NCBI RefSeq assembly: GCF_044704955.1
Contig: NC_091982.1
Span: 20,894,001-20,958,000, forward strand
Source: Pristiophorus japonicus
Lineage: Eukaryota
Direction of reading: 5' to 3'
Length of the DNA stretch: 64,000 nucleotides
Shown here: one piece after another, positions 21,901 through 35,412 of the stretch
How the letters are laid out: each line of letters begins with the position of its first letter
How positions within the stretch are numbered: position 1 is the first letter of the stretch
Notes under the pieces: generated by a model
The model's input: only the letters and a program-made list of their open reading frames with translations
The model's database searches: none
Told to the model about the DNA's origin: nothing
Translations under genes and position numbers: made by a program

Positions 21901-24900
21901 TCTCACGTATGGTGGCCGGGAATTGACTCTGAGCTGGAATCATGTGTGCATCAGTGCAACACTTACATGCAGCTCAGCAAAGCACTAGCGGAATCACCGC
22001 TGAGTCTGTGGCCGTCCAAACCATGTTCCAGGATCCACATAGACTTTGCAGGTCCCTTCCTGGGAAAGATGTTTTTAGTTGTGATGGATGCATATTCAAA
22101 GTGGATAGAGTGTATAATCATGTCATCCAGCACATCTACAGCTACCATTGAGGATCTCAGTGTCATGTTCGCGACACGTGGTCTGCCTGACATTGTTGTT
22201 AGCGACAATGGATCTTGCTTCACCAGTCAGGAGTTTCAAGAGTTCATGAAACTCAATGGTATCAAACATGTAATGTCAGCACCATTCAAACCTGCATCGA
22301 TTGGACAAGCAGAATGTGCTGTCCAAATCATAAAGCAGAGTATGAAGCGAGTAACCCAAGGATCACCGCAGACCCGCCTGTCATGCATACTGCTTAGTTA
22401 CAGGACAAGACCTCACACGCTTGCTGGGGTCTCGCCTGCTGAACTAATGATGAAGAGAGCTCTTAAGACCAAGCTATCTCTTGTACACCCTGACTTGAAT
22501 ATCATGTTGAATATAGAAGACAAAGTCAGAAAGGGTATCACGATCGCGCAGCTGTGTCATGCGATATTTCTGTAAATGATCCTGTATATGTTCTGAATTA
22601 TGGTCAGGGTCCCAAGTGGATCACTGGTACTATCATGGACAAGGAGAGCAACAGAGTATTTATTGTCAAGCTCAAAAATGGGCAAACATGCAGGAAACAT
22701 ATGGATCACACAAAACTGCGGCACACAGATGAACCAGAACAATCGGAGGAAGAGACAATCGATGACCAACCAACCTAGCCCCCAGTCATCAGAGGACTCA
22801 GTGATCATCAGTGAATCAGGACTTTCAATCACTGACATGTTCAATGAAAATGGACTTTCAATCCCTGACATGGCCATTGCCACTCCCACCAGGTCAGCCA
22901 CCCAGCCACCAGTCACAACAGACTCTGAACACACACCCAAGGCTGGAGTTGAACTGAGATGGTCAACCCGGGAGCGTAAAACACTGGACCGTCTCAATTT
23001 GTAAAAGATTGTGTTAATATCTCAGAGGGGGTATATTGTCATGTATGTACTTTTGGGATCACTAGCCACTAGATGGCATCACTTTTGGAGGCCATTGGGC
23101 TGCACGCACGTGTGTGCAGCCCAAGTATAAAAGGCCAGCCATTTTGGATATTAGTCACTTTGGCCTTAATAAAGCAGAGCCAAGGTCATACCTTTTGGAG
23201 TTAAACAGTACTCAGTCTAACAGTCATTGCATACACAACAGTACCTAAGTCAGCTGTTAAGGTAAGGTAAGGTTGTGTGGTGATTATAAAGTAACCATAA
23301 ACCAGGTTCTAGAATGTAATCTACTCAATACATTGCCAAATGTAGAAGATTTGTTCACCACAGGTGGCCAGATTTTTTCAAAGTTAGATCTAACAAACGC
23401 CTATCTATTATTTGAGTTAGATGAAGAGTCCAAGTCATGCTTGACTATAAATACTCATCTAGGCCTATATCAGTTTAATAGGCTACCATTTGGAGTGTCT
23501 TCTGCCCCATCATATTCCAAGGGGTGATGAACCAGATTTTGCAAGGCATTGAAGGGGTAGTGTGTTATTTAGATGACATACACATTTCAGCACCAAACAG
23601 ACAAATCCATAATAAGATGTTGAGTGAAGTGCTCAAACGGCTAGAAAAGCACAGAGTACAAGTGACTGCTCACAAGTATCAGATATTTTAAAACTCAGTG
23701 GAGTACTTAGGGCACAGAGTAAGATAAATTTGGATGCAATCAGAAATGCACCCACTCCCAAGAATATCTCTGAACATCGATCATTTTCGGGTCTTTTGAA
23801 TTATTACAGGAGGTTCCTCCCAAATGTGGCTACAGTGTTACATCCACTGAATGAGCTGTTGAAAAAACAGGTCCCTTGGATGTTGACAGAAGAATGCGAC
23901 AGAGCATTCAAAGCGTGTAAAAGCCTGCTTATAGAGAGTACCATATTAGTTCACTATGACGTATCTAAGGAGATCAAGCAAGCATGTGACGCCTTTCCAT
24001 ATGGAGTTGGGGCAGTGATCTCTCATGTACTACATAGCGGGGAGGAGAGACCAATTGCTTTTGCTTCATGCACTCTCAGTGTCAGTGAGCGGAATTATGC
24101 GCAGATTGAAAGGGAAGCTTTGGCATTGATATTTGCGATCAAGTAGTTTCTCAAATACTTGTTTAGTCATAAATTTACCATCGTTATTGACCATAATCCC
24201 TTGACAGCAATCCTCCATCCAAAGTCCCCTGCAGAGATGGGCTTTGATTTTGCCAGCGTATACATATGACATTGAGTACAGATGATCAGTTGATTGCACT
24301 AATGCTGACGTTATGTCCAGGTTGCCATCCTCATTAAAGTTACACCCAATAGGGAAGAAGTGTTCTATTTTTCATACATTGATGAGCTGCCAGTCACAGC
24401 TGAAGAGATTGGTAGAGCAACCAAGCATGACCCAATTATGTCAAAGGTGTATGATTACATAGCAAATGGCTGGCCAAAACAAGAATCAGTGAAAGATATC
24501 CATAGGAATGAATTATCAGTAGCTAAAGATTGTATCATGTGGGGAGCAAGAGTGGTTATCCCAAATAACTTTAGGTCCAATTTGTTCGGAGATCTTCATG
24601 AACAGCACCTGGGAATGTGTTTGACCAATAGTTTTGCACACAATCACTTATGATGGACAGGTTTAGACAAAAAGAGATAGAGTACATCATCAGTCAGTGT
24701 ACAACATGTCAATCGGTGAGCAAGGAACCACCATCAATACCATTAAAGCCATGGTGTGGTAAAGGTTACATGTAGATTTTGCTGAGCTAGAAGGACAGCA
24801 ATTATTCATAGTGATAGATAGTCATTCGAAGTGGGTAGAGGTGTTTCCGACGCGGAAAATAACAACAAGTGAAGCACTAGACAATTTGTGAAGATTGTTT

Positions 24901-26028
24901 TCTTCATATGGCCTCCCAGAAGAAATTGTGTCTGATAATGGGCCACAATTTTGTTCAGAAGAATATGCACAGTTCATGAGCAGAAATGGTGTGAAACATA
25001 CCAAAGTCCCACCATCCCATCCTCAAATGGTGCAGCAGAGCACACAGTACAAATTGTAAAACATGCCTTCATCAAGCAAATGTTGGATCCAAATCCAAGG
25101 AAATGGCAGTTGTCGTTGGACCACAAACTGGCAAATTTTCTAATTACTTATCAGAATACTCCTCATACCACTACTGGTAGAACACCAGCTGAGTTGTTTC
25201 TCAAATGGCAGCCACGAACAAGGTTCTCGTTGTTAAAGTCAAATTTGGCACAGTCAGTAGAAGAGAAACAATCAAGGCAGAAAGAGAGACCTGATAGAGG
25301 CAGAGTAAGAGAGAGAAGTGTGAAATTGAATCAGAAGGTTCGAGTGAAGAACCATCACCATAAATGGTTAAAGTGGTTACCAGGAAAAGCAGTGAAGATA
25401 TGTGGCCGTCGCAGATATTTGATCATGGAAAGGTTAGGCTTGTTCACATATTTTACCTACAGATGTGGAAGGAGTTGAAAGTTGAGATGATTCAATTTAT
25501 TCTGATAAGTCAGATAGTCTTGTTACAAGTAGAGTACCAGAAGCAAAACCAGATGAACTAGAAACAAGTCTAAGATAGTCAGAATGTAAGTCTGTGTACG
25601 AGTCAGGCAGACAAACATTCTGAAGGTGTAGAGTCTCCAAATGTAGATCAAGGTCAACCCTTGAGGTAGAGAAAAACTCTCCTCAGGCTCAGCCTAGAAT
25701 GAGTCTAAGTTCCACAACAAGTTTAGAAAGTTCTGTTCAAGAACAAAGGTATTCTCTTTGAAACAGAAAACCAGTGGTTAAGTTTGATTTGTAAATATGG
25801 AAAAATAAGTTAATATCTTTTGTTGTGTATACCATGCAAATTATGTATAATGATTGTTTTGTTTTGATTAACTTCTTCAATAAGGAGGGTGAAGTATTGT
25901 AGATTAGTGGACTGCTCCCTCTAGTGGACTACTAATGTAATAACAATAAAAGTCCATGTGATCACAGTTCTGTAAGGAGACATCTTGTAAGTGAGTGTGC
26001 TTATGTGGCTGTGTCTTAAGATATCATA
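18970..26028 (+). mobile_element. Gypsy-2: old Gypsy element, 5' LTR not recognisable, host of Gypsy-3
   Basis: gag (ETFGTYVEWLEMFFIAN; RDHFVCGLKNEGIRRKLL), protease (EINTGSS), RT start NWATPIVDVP resuming at 23241 (CGDYKVTIN), then RH and IN. PPT aaggagggtgaag and a probable 3' LTR at ~25898-26028. Confidence 0.85.
20430..23240 (+). mobile_element. Gypsy-3 nested in Gypsy-2 RT, with a large 5' internal deletion
   Basis: Perfect TSD GTACC (20425-20429, 23241-23245). 3' LTR at 23037-23240 (TG...CA). Only 14 bp of the 5' LTR (tgtcatatatgtac) remain before RT RICGDYK. RT-RH-IN is related to Gypsy-1. Confidence 0.93.
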
Positions 26029-26325
26029 CTTTGTTCACTCAAAGCGAGTTGCTTTCTGGTGCCAACATTAACACCAGTCATCTCTATGAAGTGCTTGAAG
26101 CGCTCCTTCCCGTTGCGTCGCCTTATTCCTATTCTCTTGAAAAAGCTGTCTTGTGGCAGGCTATTGTTCCATATCTGCCAACTCGGTACACATTCGGAAC
26201 AAACATTCTTCACATATGTGCCTGGAGAGTGTCAGTCAGTTTGTCAATGATATGAGACATCACAGCTAAACACAACATTATCCTTATCTGGTATCTGTTT
26301 TCCAGGGTAGCTGGATAGAATTCAT

Positions 26326-27457
26326 GGGCCCAAATTTGGCCAGGAGTTGCTCTGTTTTTTTTGAAGCAACTCGATTTTTCTGGAGTATCTTAAAAATCCC
26401 CATTCTGCACATTTAATTTGCGTCAGTGTAAGTGAGTTAGTTAGGATTTTTTTTAGTTTCGTTTTTTTTCAAAAGGGGGCGTTACCAGCCACCTATGCCT
26501 GTTTTGGCCCTATAAGCCAGTTTGGACAGCTAATAGTTGTTCCAAATTAACTTAGGCCAGCGTATGTGGCCACTTGTGGCCGCACAGAAAACCCTTGCGG
26601 AGAGTTAAGAAATCAGAGCAGGTAGCCAGAGATAGGGGGGGGCAAGGGATGCACAGAGGATGTTGCAAAGCACTAAACACATTCACGACAACATTCAAGT
26701 CAAAAACCATCAATAATAATAAATAAATAAATAAATAAATAAATAATAAAACTTAAGTTCTACCTTCATATCAAAACTCTCCTCCACCTCCGCACCCTCC
26801 CCTCCAATATCAAAACAAAGCACAACCATCAATAAATAAAAAATAAAACTCAAGTCCTACCTGGCCGAGGAACTCAGCGGGCCAGGCTTGCCGGTGTGCG
26901 AGGCCACTTGGCCGGGGATAGGGGCGGGAGAATGCACCGACTTGAGAACGCACCAGCAAGCCCTTCGACCAGGACTAGGGGCGGGAGAATGCACCAACTC
27001 TCTCTCCAAGGGACTTCACTTCACTTCTCTGAGGGACTTCTCCGAGGGAATTCTCCGAGGGACTTCTCCCAGGACTGGACTTCTCCCAGGACTGGACTTC
27101 TCTGAGGGACTTCTCCGAGGACTTCTCCGAGGGACTTCTCCGAGGCCTGGACTTCTCCGAGGACTGGACTTCCCCGAGGACTTCTCCGAGGACTTCTCCG
27201 AGGGACCTCCGGCTGGGGGCAGGAGCTACTGCGCATGCGCGAAACCTCCAGTGCACATGCGTTGAGCTGCCGGCACTGTTTTTCATGCAGGGCCATAACT
27301 CCGCCCCCTAATGGACAGACCACGTCATGCCAAGCCATGGGAGAGGCCACAGAGCGGGGAGAATACGGAGCTATATTTTCGGTGCCGTTTTGGGAGCAGA
27401 AAGTCGGCGCACCTCAGGTAACTGCACTGAAAAAAACGGAGGGCCAAATTTGGGCCC
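26326..27457. mobile_element. Non-autonomous Harbinger-type element (MITE), 1132 bp
   Basis: Perfect 16-bp TIR GGGCCCAAATTTGGCC and 3-bp TSD CAT (26323-26325, 27458-27460). No transposase. Contains (AATA)n at ~26712-26748. Confidence 0.9.
27010..27205 (+). repeat. GGACTTCTCCGA-type ~12-bp minisatellite inside the MITE
   Basis: Repeated ggacttctc(cga/tga/cca)g units with ggact spacers. Confidence 0.9.
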
Positions 27458-27639
27458 CATAAGTGGGAATTCTGATCAATTTTCTCCTCTCTACCCTGAG
27501 GCTACTGAAGGTATCTGTACTATTCTCACTGCTGTGTCAACTGAGGTTGGAAAATTCAGCATTGACTATAAATTTATGATTAATAATTGATTTAATTTAT
27601 AAATGATGCTCTTTTGCATCCCCGATTGTATTCACTCAA

Positions 27640-27891
27640 CCATTGGTGGCTGTGCATTCCGTTGCCTCGGCCCTAAGCTCTGGAATTCCCTGCCTAAACC
27701 TCTCCAGCTCTCCTTTAAGGCGCTCCTTAAAACCTACCTCTTTGACCAAGCTTTTGGTCACCTGCCCTAATTTCTCCTTATATGGCACATTGTCAAATGT
27801 TTTGTCTCATAATACTCCTGTGAAACACCTTGGGACGTTTCACTATGTTAAAGGTGCTATATTATTACAAAGTGTTGTTGTTGTTGTTGTT
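27640..27891 (+). mobile_element. L2-like LINE 3' end with (TGT)n tail
   Basis: ctctggaattccctgcctaaa...ctccttaaaacctacctctttgaccaagctttt (LWNSLP...LLKTYLFDQAF-like), 3' stem-loop region, microsatellite tail. Confidence 0.75.
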
Positions 27892-28449
27892 AACCTTGAA
27901 CCCTGTTTGTTCCCCATGACCATTTTCATTGGTCTACTGTCAGATTTCATTGAAACAGTTCCAACAATTATCTCCATCTTTATGAACATTGGAGAATGTA
28001 ATAGTCTTGCTCAAATATCTGCTCATGTTTTTTACTTCCAGAATTGGTGGATGATGCTAAGTACATTTTCTTTTGGAAAAGACTTCCATTGCTAAGCTTA
28101 GCTTATAATCCTCCTTTTTAAGAATGTTCTCTCTTCCCCACTGAAAATAATGACATGCTGGGGTATAGCTCCTTTGGCTGCTGGCAGTCCACTAGCACCT
28201 CACCAAAGTGGCCATTCTTCATGTTTGAGCACAAGCACTTAGCCAATTGTATCACTTTAGTTGTGGCTCAGTTAACTTAGAATAGACCAGGAATTAAAAC
28301 AGAGTCCTTCTGATCTGTATGGTACAGTTCTATATCAGTCAGTATATATACCACAACAGCCATCTCATTTATTGAGCCATTTTCTCATTATCATTAATTT
28401 CATTTGGAGTATTGGCTAATTTAGTCATAAACTAAAGAAGATTAAAAAC

Positions 28450-28695
28450 ATGACTTCCATTTATATAGCACCTTTCATGACCTCAGGAAGTCGCAAAGCG
28501 CTTTACAGCCAATGGAGTTATTTTTTGAAGTGTAGTCACAGTTTCTATTTAACGTCTCATCTGAAAGACGGCACCTTCGAGAGTGCACTGCATTGGAGTG
28601 ACAACCTGAATTATTTGTTCAAGTGTCTGGCGTGCAACTTGAATTCACACCCCGACTCAGAGGCAAGAATGCTACCAACTGAGCCAAGGGTGACT
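28450..28695 (-). mobile_element. DeuSINE, internally deleted copy
   Basis: The 3' part (aaagcgctttacagccaat) is joined directly to the 5' part (tttaacgtctcatctgaaagacggcacc...ctcagaggcaag...ctgagcca). Confidence 0.75.
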
Positions 28696-29494
28696 GTGAA
28701 AACACATCAATAAAATTGTATAACACAAGGAAAGGGGAATGTCAAGGACACCATTTTAGGGTAAATATGTGGAATTGTCTAAAACTAGCATAGCTATTTG
28801 AAATGTGACAGTGTGCTTATTTTATCCTCGTTTTATTTCTTCATATACTTTCAGACATCACACACTAGAATCTTGTTGAGAAGACGTTCTGGCAACTGCA
28901 GGCAGAGATCCCTCATGCCTCCTGAAATGCCAATGCACAGCAAGGAGTGCTGAGATGGAACTCGATCTCATTTCCTCTCCCCTGTGTTGGATAACAACAA
29001 GCAAGAAGGAGTCTAGACACGATAAAGGAGAGAAGAAAGAGAAGCATGAGAGTGGAGGACTGAAAGATGACAAAAAACAATATCCTTTTTAATGATCCTG
29101 TTGAAATTGAAATATACCGATTTTTAACCAGAAATTAGATTTATGGGAGTTTCTATGTAAAATTAGGATGCTCTTAAAATATTGTCTACCATACAAAAAC
29201 TCTAAAATCATGTTCTACTAACGTAGATTATCTTGTCCTGAACTATCCTGGCACAAAAATTCAATGGTGTCTTCTGGTCTTGTATAACCAATTTGAAGCC
29301 CTTGTACTGGTTCCAAAACAGCTCCTAATTTAGAATGACAATCTTTGCATTAGAAATTTCACAGCAAAAGTCATGTATATTTGCTACTTTTCTCAACAAT
29401 CATACTCATAAAACCTCAGAAAAACATAGATAATGAAGAATGACACAACTAATGGTAAGATTTTGATTTGATCTGAGTCTGAAAACATCAATTA

Positions 29495-30040
29495 ACTGGA
29501 GTATTGTGTCCGATTCTGGGCCCCGCACTTTAGGGAGGATGTGAAGGCCTTAGAGAGGGTGCAGAAAAGATTGACGAGAATGATTCCAGGGATGAGGGAC
29601 TTCAGTTACGTGCGTAGATTGGAGAAGCTGGGGTTGTTCACCTGAGAGCAGAGAAGGTTGAGAAGAGATTTGATAGAGGTGTTCAAAATCATGAGGGGTC
29701 TCGACAAAATAGTTAGAGAGAAACTGTTCCCATTGACAGAACGGTTGAGAATCAGAGGACACAGATTTAAGGTGATTGGCAGAAGAACCAAAGGCAACAT
29801 GAGGAAAAACTGTTTTATGCAACGAGTGGTTATGATCTGGAATGCACTGCCTAAAAGGGTGGTGGAAGAAGATTCAATCATGGTTTTCAATAGGGAATTG
29901 GATATGTACCTGAAGGTAAATTTTGCATGGCTACGGGGAAAGGGCAGGTGAGTGGGACTAGCTGAGGTGCTCTTGCAGAGAGCCAACATGAGCTCGACAG
30001 GCCAAATAGCCTCCTTCTTTGTGGTAACCATTCTATGATT
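29495..30040 (+). mobile_element. CR1 LINE 3' fragment
   Basis: LEYCVRFWAP, RRDLIEVFKIM, RVVMIWNALP; tail ttctatgattc. Confidence 0.9.
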
Positions 30041-31549
30041 CCATCCTATAAGCACTTCACCACTACATAAATCTACTTAAGTCTGAGAGCAAATATTCAC
30101 CAAGGCTTAAACTTTAAGCACAGGTTTCCCAGTTCATGGAACAGTGCGCTAACAAATGATGCAAATGGTCCACTGTGACAGCATGTTTAGATAAGAATTT
30201 CTTCAGGGCATAGCAATTTTGAATTTTAGCTCATAACATTTAATAGAAAACATCTGAACTAACTTATAAATCCTTTACAATCTAATATTGTGTGTGCGTG
30301 AAGGTATTTACTGTGGAAGAGGTCTTTGTGGTTACAACTGATATATTTTTAATGTGTTTTGTGGCGTCACCAGTTTTCTCCTTTATAAGAGATAGAGAAA
30401 CAAATATTGCTGCAAATGTTAAACAATTTTTTTGCTGGTAAAAATGGATACCCATGGCTGGTATCATCAGGAAAGAATGAAGCTAAAAATGTTCAAAAAT
30501 ATTTTGCTTAAATAAACACACTTAATAATACATTATTGAAACAATATGCCAGAATGTTATGTTGATTGCACAACAGTTTTCCCAGCCATTTCCAAATATA
30601 GCACCTGCGGCACCATCTAGTGACGACAAAAGGAACAGACCACATGTGAACAACCACGTTGAAGGATTCATATTTGTACCATTCGTTTTGGAAACGTTAA
30701 CACTGTAGTCCTGATTTTATGAGGCTCTGCTGGCACTTGGAGCCTTAGTGGGCGGCTTCACATGGCCAATTTACAAATATTGGAATTTTGTAAGGCATCA
30801 TTTTACTGGGCCAAATGAGGCAACGCAGCAGGCAACCTAAAGTCTCGCTTAAAATTGTATAATTATTTAAATAAAGTCCCACGCTGAATTTTATCATTTT
30901 TGGCAAAGCTCCACCGCCAGCCCATATATAATGGGTACATGCCAGTTCTACAGGCCTGGCCAGCTTTAGCATTATTCTTAAAGCAAAGTTACTGTCTTTG
31001 TTGGTTTTTTTTGTCAGTGAGCATTTATCTTCTTCTGCATAACTTTTTTGCCTGTGCACTTCTGCAAATATTACAATTTGCGACTAATAAAGCTGTGGGG
31101 ATGGGAATCTGTTTGGGTATTCTCATTGTATTGTGCTACATGAATTAGTTGAGATAATATAATTCCACGAGGAGCTAAAATCTTCAGGTCAAGCAATACC
31201 TCAGGTGGTATGCTCACTCCTGTTACTACTCAAGGACTAGACATATCCGAGGAGACCTGTCTTTGCCGCTGTAGAGACAATTTCCCATCTATTCCATCTG
31301 CTGCAGGCTGAATTTTCAATAAATTCATGGACTGGGACAGCTATGAACGTCACAACAGCATTAAACTTCTATGTTACAGCATCCTTCCAAATCACCGTCT
31401 TTAGATTTGTTCCATACTTTGCCAAAGAGAAAGGCTGGATTTTCGGTTTTGCTCATTTATTAATTATAAATTAACCTAGCTGTAGAAGGTGTTTCATTGT
31501 TGTTAGGTTAGGTTAGAAAATATTTGCAATGAAGTCTTTTTAGATGAGT

Positions 31550-34500
31550 TGTTGGAGGTCCTACTGCAGGAGTTGCAGCTGAGGAGGCTGGCCAGCGGGG
31601 CGATAAAGTTTGCGCCGGGGCGGAGCACTAAGGGAGGCGTTACACACCTTTCTTAGGGTGTTAGGGCAGCTGAGCAAGCAAAAATCCCGAGCTAAACAGC
31701 CGGCCTCGGAGAAAAATACCTGAAAAAACCCCACCAAAAACATTCCCAATAAATAACTCACGCCACCACAACATAAGGATAGACAAAAAGGAAAAGTAGG
31801 TGGGGTGGCGTTACTGGTTAAAGAGGAAATTAATGTAAGGAAGGACATTAGCTTGGATGATGTGGAATCGGTATGGGTGGAGCTACGGAATACCAAAGGG
31901 CAGAAAGTGCTAGTGGGAGTTGTGTACAGACCACCAAACAATAGTAGTGAGGTTGGGGACAGCATCAAACAATAAATTAGGGATGCGTGCAATAAAGGTA
32001 CAGCAGTAATCATGGGCGACTTTAATCTACATATTGATTGAGCTAACCAAACTGGTAGCAATGCGGTGGAGGAGGATTTCCTGGAGTGTATTAGGGATGG
32101 TTTTCTAGACCAATATGTCTAGGAACCAAATAGAGGGCTGGCCATCCTAGACTGGGTGATTTGTAATGAGAAAGGACTAATTAGCAATCTTGTTGTGCGA
32201 GGCCCCTTGGGGAAGAGTGACCATAATATGGTAGAATTCTTTATTAAGATGGAGAATGACACAGTTAATTCAGAGACTAGAGTCCTGAACTTAAGGAAAG
32301 GTAAGGTCGATGGTATGAGATGTGAATTGGCCTGTCTGGAGTAAAAATAAAATGGGGAAGGTGGCTCAACCGTGGCTACCAAGGGAAATTAAGGATAGTG
32401 TTAAATCCAAGGAAGAGGCATATAAATTGGCCAGAAAAAGCAGCAAATCTGAGGACTGGGAGAATTTTATAATACAGCAGAGGAGGACAAAGGATTTAAT
32501 TAGGAGGGGGAAAATAGAGTATGAGAGGAAGCTTGCTGGGAACATAAAAACTGACTGCAAAAGCTTCTATAGATATGTGAAGAGAAAAAGATTAGTGAAA
32601 ACAAACGTAGGTCCCTTGCAGTCAGATTCAGGTGAATTTATACTAGGGAACAAAGAAATGGCGGACCAGTTAAACAAATACTTTGGTTCTGTCTTTACGA
32701 AGGAAGACACAAATAACCTTCCGGAAATACTAGGGGACCGAGGGTCTAGTGAGAAGATGGAACTGCAGGAAATCCTTATTAGGTGGGAAATTGTGTTAGG
32801 GAAATTGATGGGATTAAGGCCGATAAATCCCCGGGGCCTGATAGTCTGCACCCAGAGTACTTAAGGAAAGAGCCCATAAATAGTGGATGCATTGGTGATC
32901 ATTTTCCAACAGTCTATCGACTCTGGATCGGTTCCTATGGACTGGAGGGTAGCTAATGTAACACCACTTTTTAAGAAAGGGTGGAAAGAGAAAACGGGTA
33001 ATTATAGACCGGTTAGCCTGACATCAGTAGTGCGGAAAATGTTGGAATCAATCATTAAGGATGAAATAGCAGCACATTTGGAAAGCAGTGACAGGATCGA
33101 TCCAAGTCAGCATGGATTTATGAAAGAGAAATTCTGCTTGACAAATCTTCTAGAATTTTTTGAGGATGTAACTGGTAGAGCAAGTGGATGTGATGTATTT
33201 GGACTTTCAAAAGGTTTTTGACAAGGTCCCACACAAGAGTTTGGTGTGCAAAATTAAAGCACCTGGTATTGGGGGTAATGTACTGACGTGGATAGAGAAT
33301 TGGTTGGCAGACAGGAAGCAGAGAGTCGGGATAAACAGGTCTTTTTCAGAATGGCAGGCAGTGACTAGTGGGGTGCCGCAGGGCTCAGTGCTGGGACCAC
33401 AGCTATTTACAATATACATTAATGATTTGGATGAGGGAATTGAGTGTAATATCTCCAAGTTTGCAGATGAGACTAAGCTGGGTGGCGGTGTGAGCTATGA
33501 GGAGGATGCTAAAAGGCTGCAGGGTGACTTGGACAGGTTAGGTGAGTGGGCAAATGCATGGCAGATGCAGTATAATGTGGATAAATGTGAGGTTATCCAC
33601 TTTGGTGGCAAAAACACGAAGGCAGAATATCATCTGAATGGCGGCAGATTAGGAAAAGGGGAGGTGCAACGAGACCTGGGTGTCATGGTACATCAGTCAT
33701 TGAAAGCTGGCATGCAGGTACAGAAGGCAAATGGCATGTTGGCCTTCATAGCTAGGGGATTTGAGCATAGGAGCAGGAAGGTTTTACTGCAGTTGTACAG
33801 GGCCTTGGTGAGGCCTCACCTGGAATATTGTGTTCAGTTTTGGTCTCCTAATCTGAGGAAGGACATTCTTGCTATTGAGGGAGTGCAGTGAAGGTTCACC
33901 AGACTGATTCCCGGGATGGCTGGACTGACATATGAGGAGAGACTGGATAGACTGGGCCTGTATTCACTGGAGTTTAGAAGGATGAGAGGGGATTTTATAG
34001 AAACATATAAAATTCTGACAGGACTGGAGAGGTTAGATGCAGGAAGAATGTTCCCGATGCTGATGAAGTCCAGAACCAGGGGACATAGTCGAAGGATAAG
34101 GGGTAAACCATTTAGGGCTGAAATGAGGAGAAACTTCTTCACTCAGAGAGTTGTTAACCTGTGGACTTCCCTACCACAGCGAGTTGTTGATGCCAGTTCA
34201 TTGTATATATTCAAGAGGGAGTTAGATATTGCCCTTACGACTAAAGGGATCAAGGGGTATGGAGAGAAAGCAGGAAAGGGGTACTGAGGTGAATGATCAG
34301 CCATGATCTTATTGAATGGTGGTGCAGGCTCGAAGGGCCGAATGGCCTGCTCCTGCACCTATTTTCTATGTTCTCTATGTTTTCTATAAATTGCAACAAA
34401 AAAAACAATCACACTTACCTGTGGTCGATGTTACTTACCCCACTGCGGCCGCTACAGCTTGGACTGCCCGCTTACATGGAGCACTGTGGATCGGTCACGA

Positions 34501-34770
34501 GCCAAAAACCGAGCCGGTGTCACAACCAGGAGCGTTGCACACCGGCTCGCCTCTTCCGGGCGGTAATGCTCTGCATCCCGCCGAAACCGCACCGAAAGTC
34601 CCAACGGCCCGAAGTCTTTGCGCAACAAAGGACGCTGTCTGTCACAGATGCAAGCCCCTGGGTGAGGGAAATCTGTTTTACTGAGTAGTTAAGCACACGC
34701 AGTTCTTTCACCAAGTTCCCCACCGATCGATTTGGCGACTCGTGTCCGACGAGCATATGGAAATTAAGGG
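31550..34770. repeat. GC-rich unclassified repeat split by a CR1 insertion (halves ~31550-31776 and ~34388-34770)
   Basis: Abrupt CpG-rich segments on both sides of the CR1, joinable as caacataa|attgcaac. Termini not resolved. Confidence 0.35.
31775..34387 (+). mobile_element. CR1 LINE, 5'-truncated ORF2 (APE endonuclease + RT), disrupted
   Basis: GVVYRPP, MGDFN, LGKSDH, NYRPVSLTS, QHGF, YLDFQKVFDKVPH, GVPQGSVLGP, KFADETK, RPHLEYC; tail (TTCTATG)n; deletion near 32340. Confidence 0.95.
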
Positions 34771-34984
34771 GAAAAACTTTGTTCGCAAAATTTGATGAAG
34801 CCAGTCCTTCTTGCTGCCGGCATAGCCAGGTCCATGCTTTGGGTAAGTATAGCCCTGATTTTGCCAGTCTCGCAAGACTGGAGCCTATGTTAATTGAAAG
34901 AGCAACTTTCTTTTCACCAAATAAGGAGATAAGAAAGCAAATAACGAAAAACAGGATGAGCTCCCTCAACGACTTGCTTGACAT

Positions 34985-35325
34985 GATGCAACTGAGACAC
35001 ACAGATTAGAAAGGCTCAATTTCAATTCCTGGTGTGTGCCGAGTTTGCTGATTTCCGCTGGGCCAGCAGTAGAGATGCTACAATTCATCTCTAGAACCTT
35101 CAGGGAAAGTGTAAGTGTGGACGTGGCTCTCAGGTGAGGACAGGAGAAGCTCTGCTGTGATGTCTTCATAATTGAAAGGCCTTTTAACACTCAACTGTCT
35201 TGGCTCACACATAAAGAATGGCTACTTGGGCAAGATACCAGAAGGCAACCAGCACCCATGCAAGCCTATCCCAGCATGAGCGAGTTCAGAAGAGAACGGG
35301 ATAAAACTGGAGAGAAAAAAAAATG
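34985..35325 (+). mobile_element. Old tRNA-derived SINE (same family as 3410, 9035)
   Basis: ggtgagacagga...ctgtgatg...actgtcttggctcacacataaagaatggctacttgg...cccagcatgag. Confidence 0.6.
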
Positions 35326-35412
35326 AAACAGCTGACTACAACTACAATGGGACACTGAAGCCTAGTTTTCTGATCTGTGTTATTTTAACACCGGTGCGAA
35401 CCCATTTCTTTT

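Noticed and set aside
31431-31445. GGCTGGATTTTC as a Harbinger-like left TIR
   Set aside because: No matching right TIR or TSD could be located.
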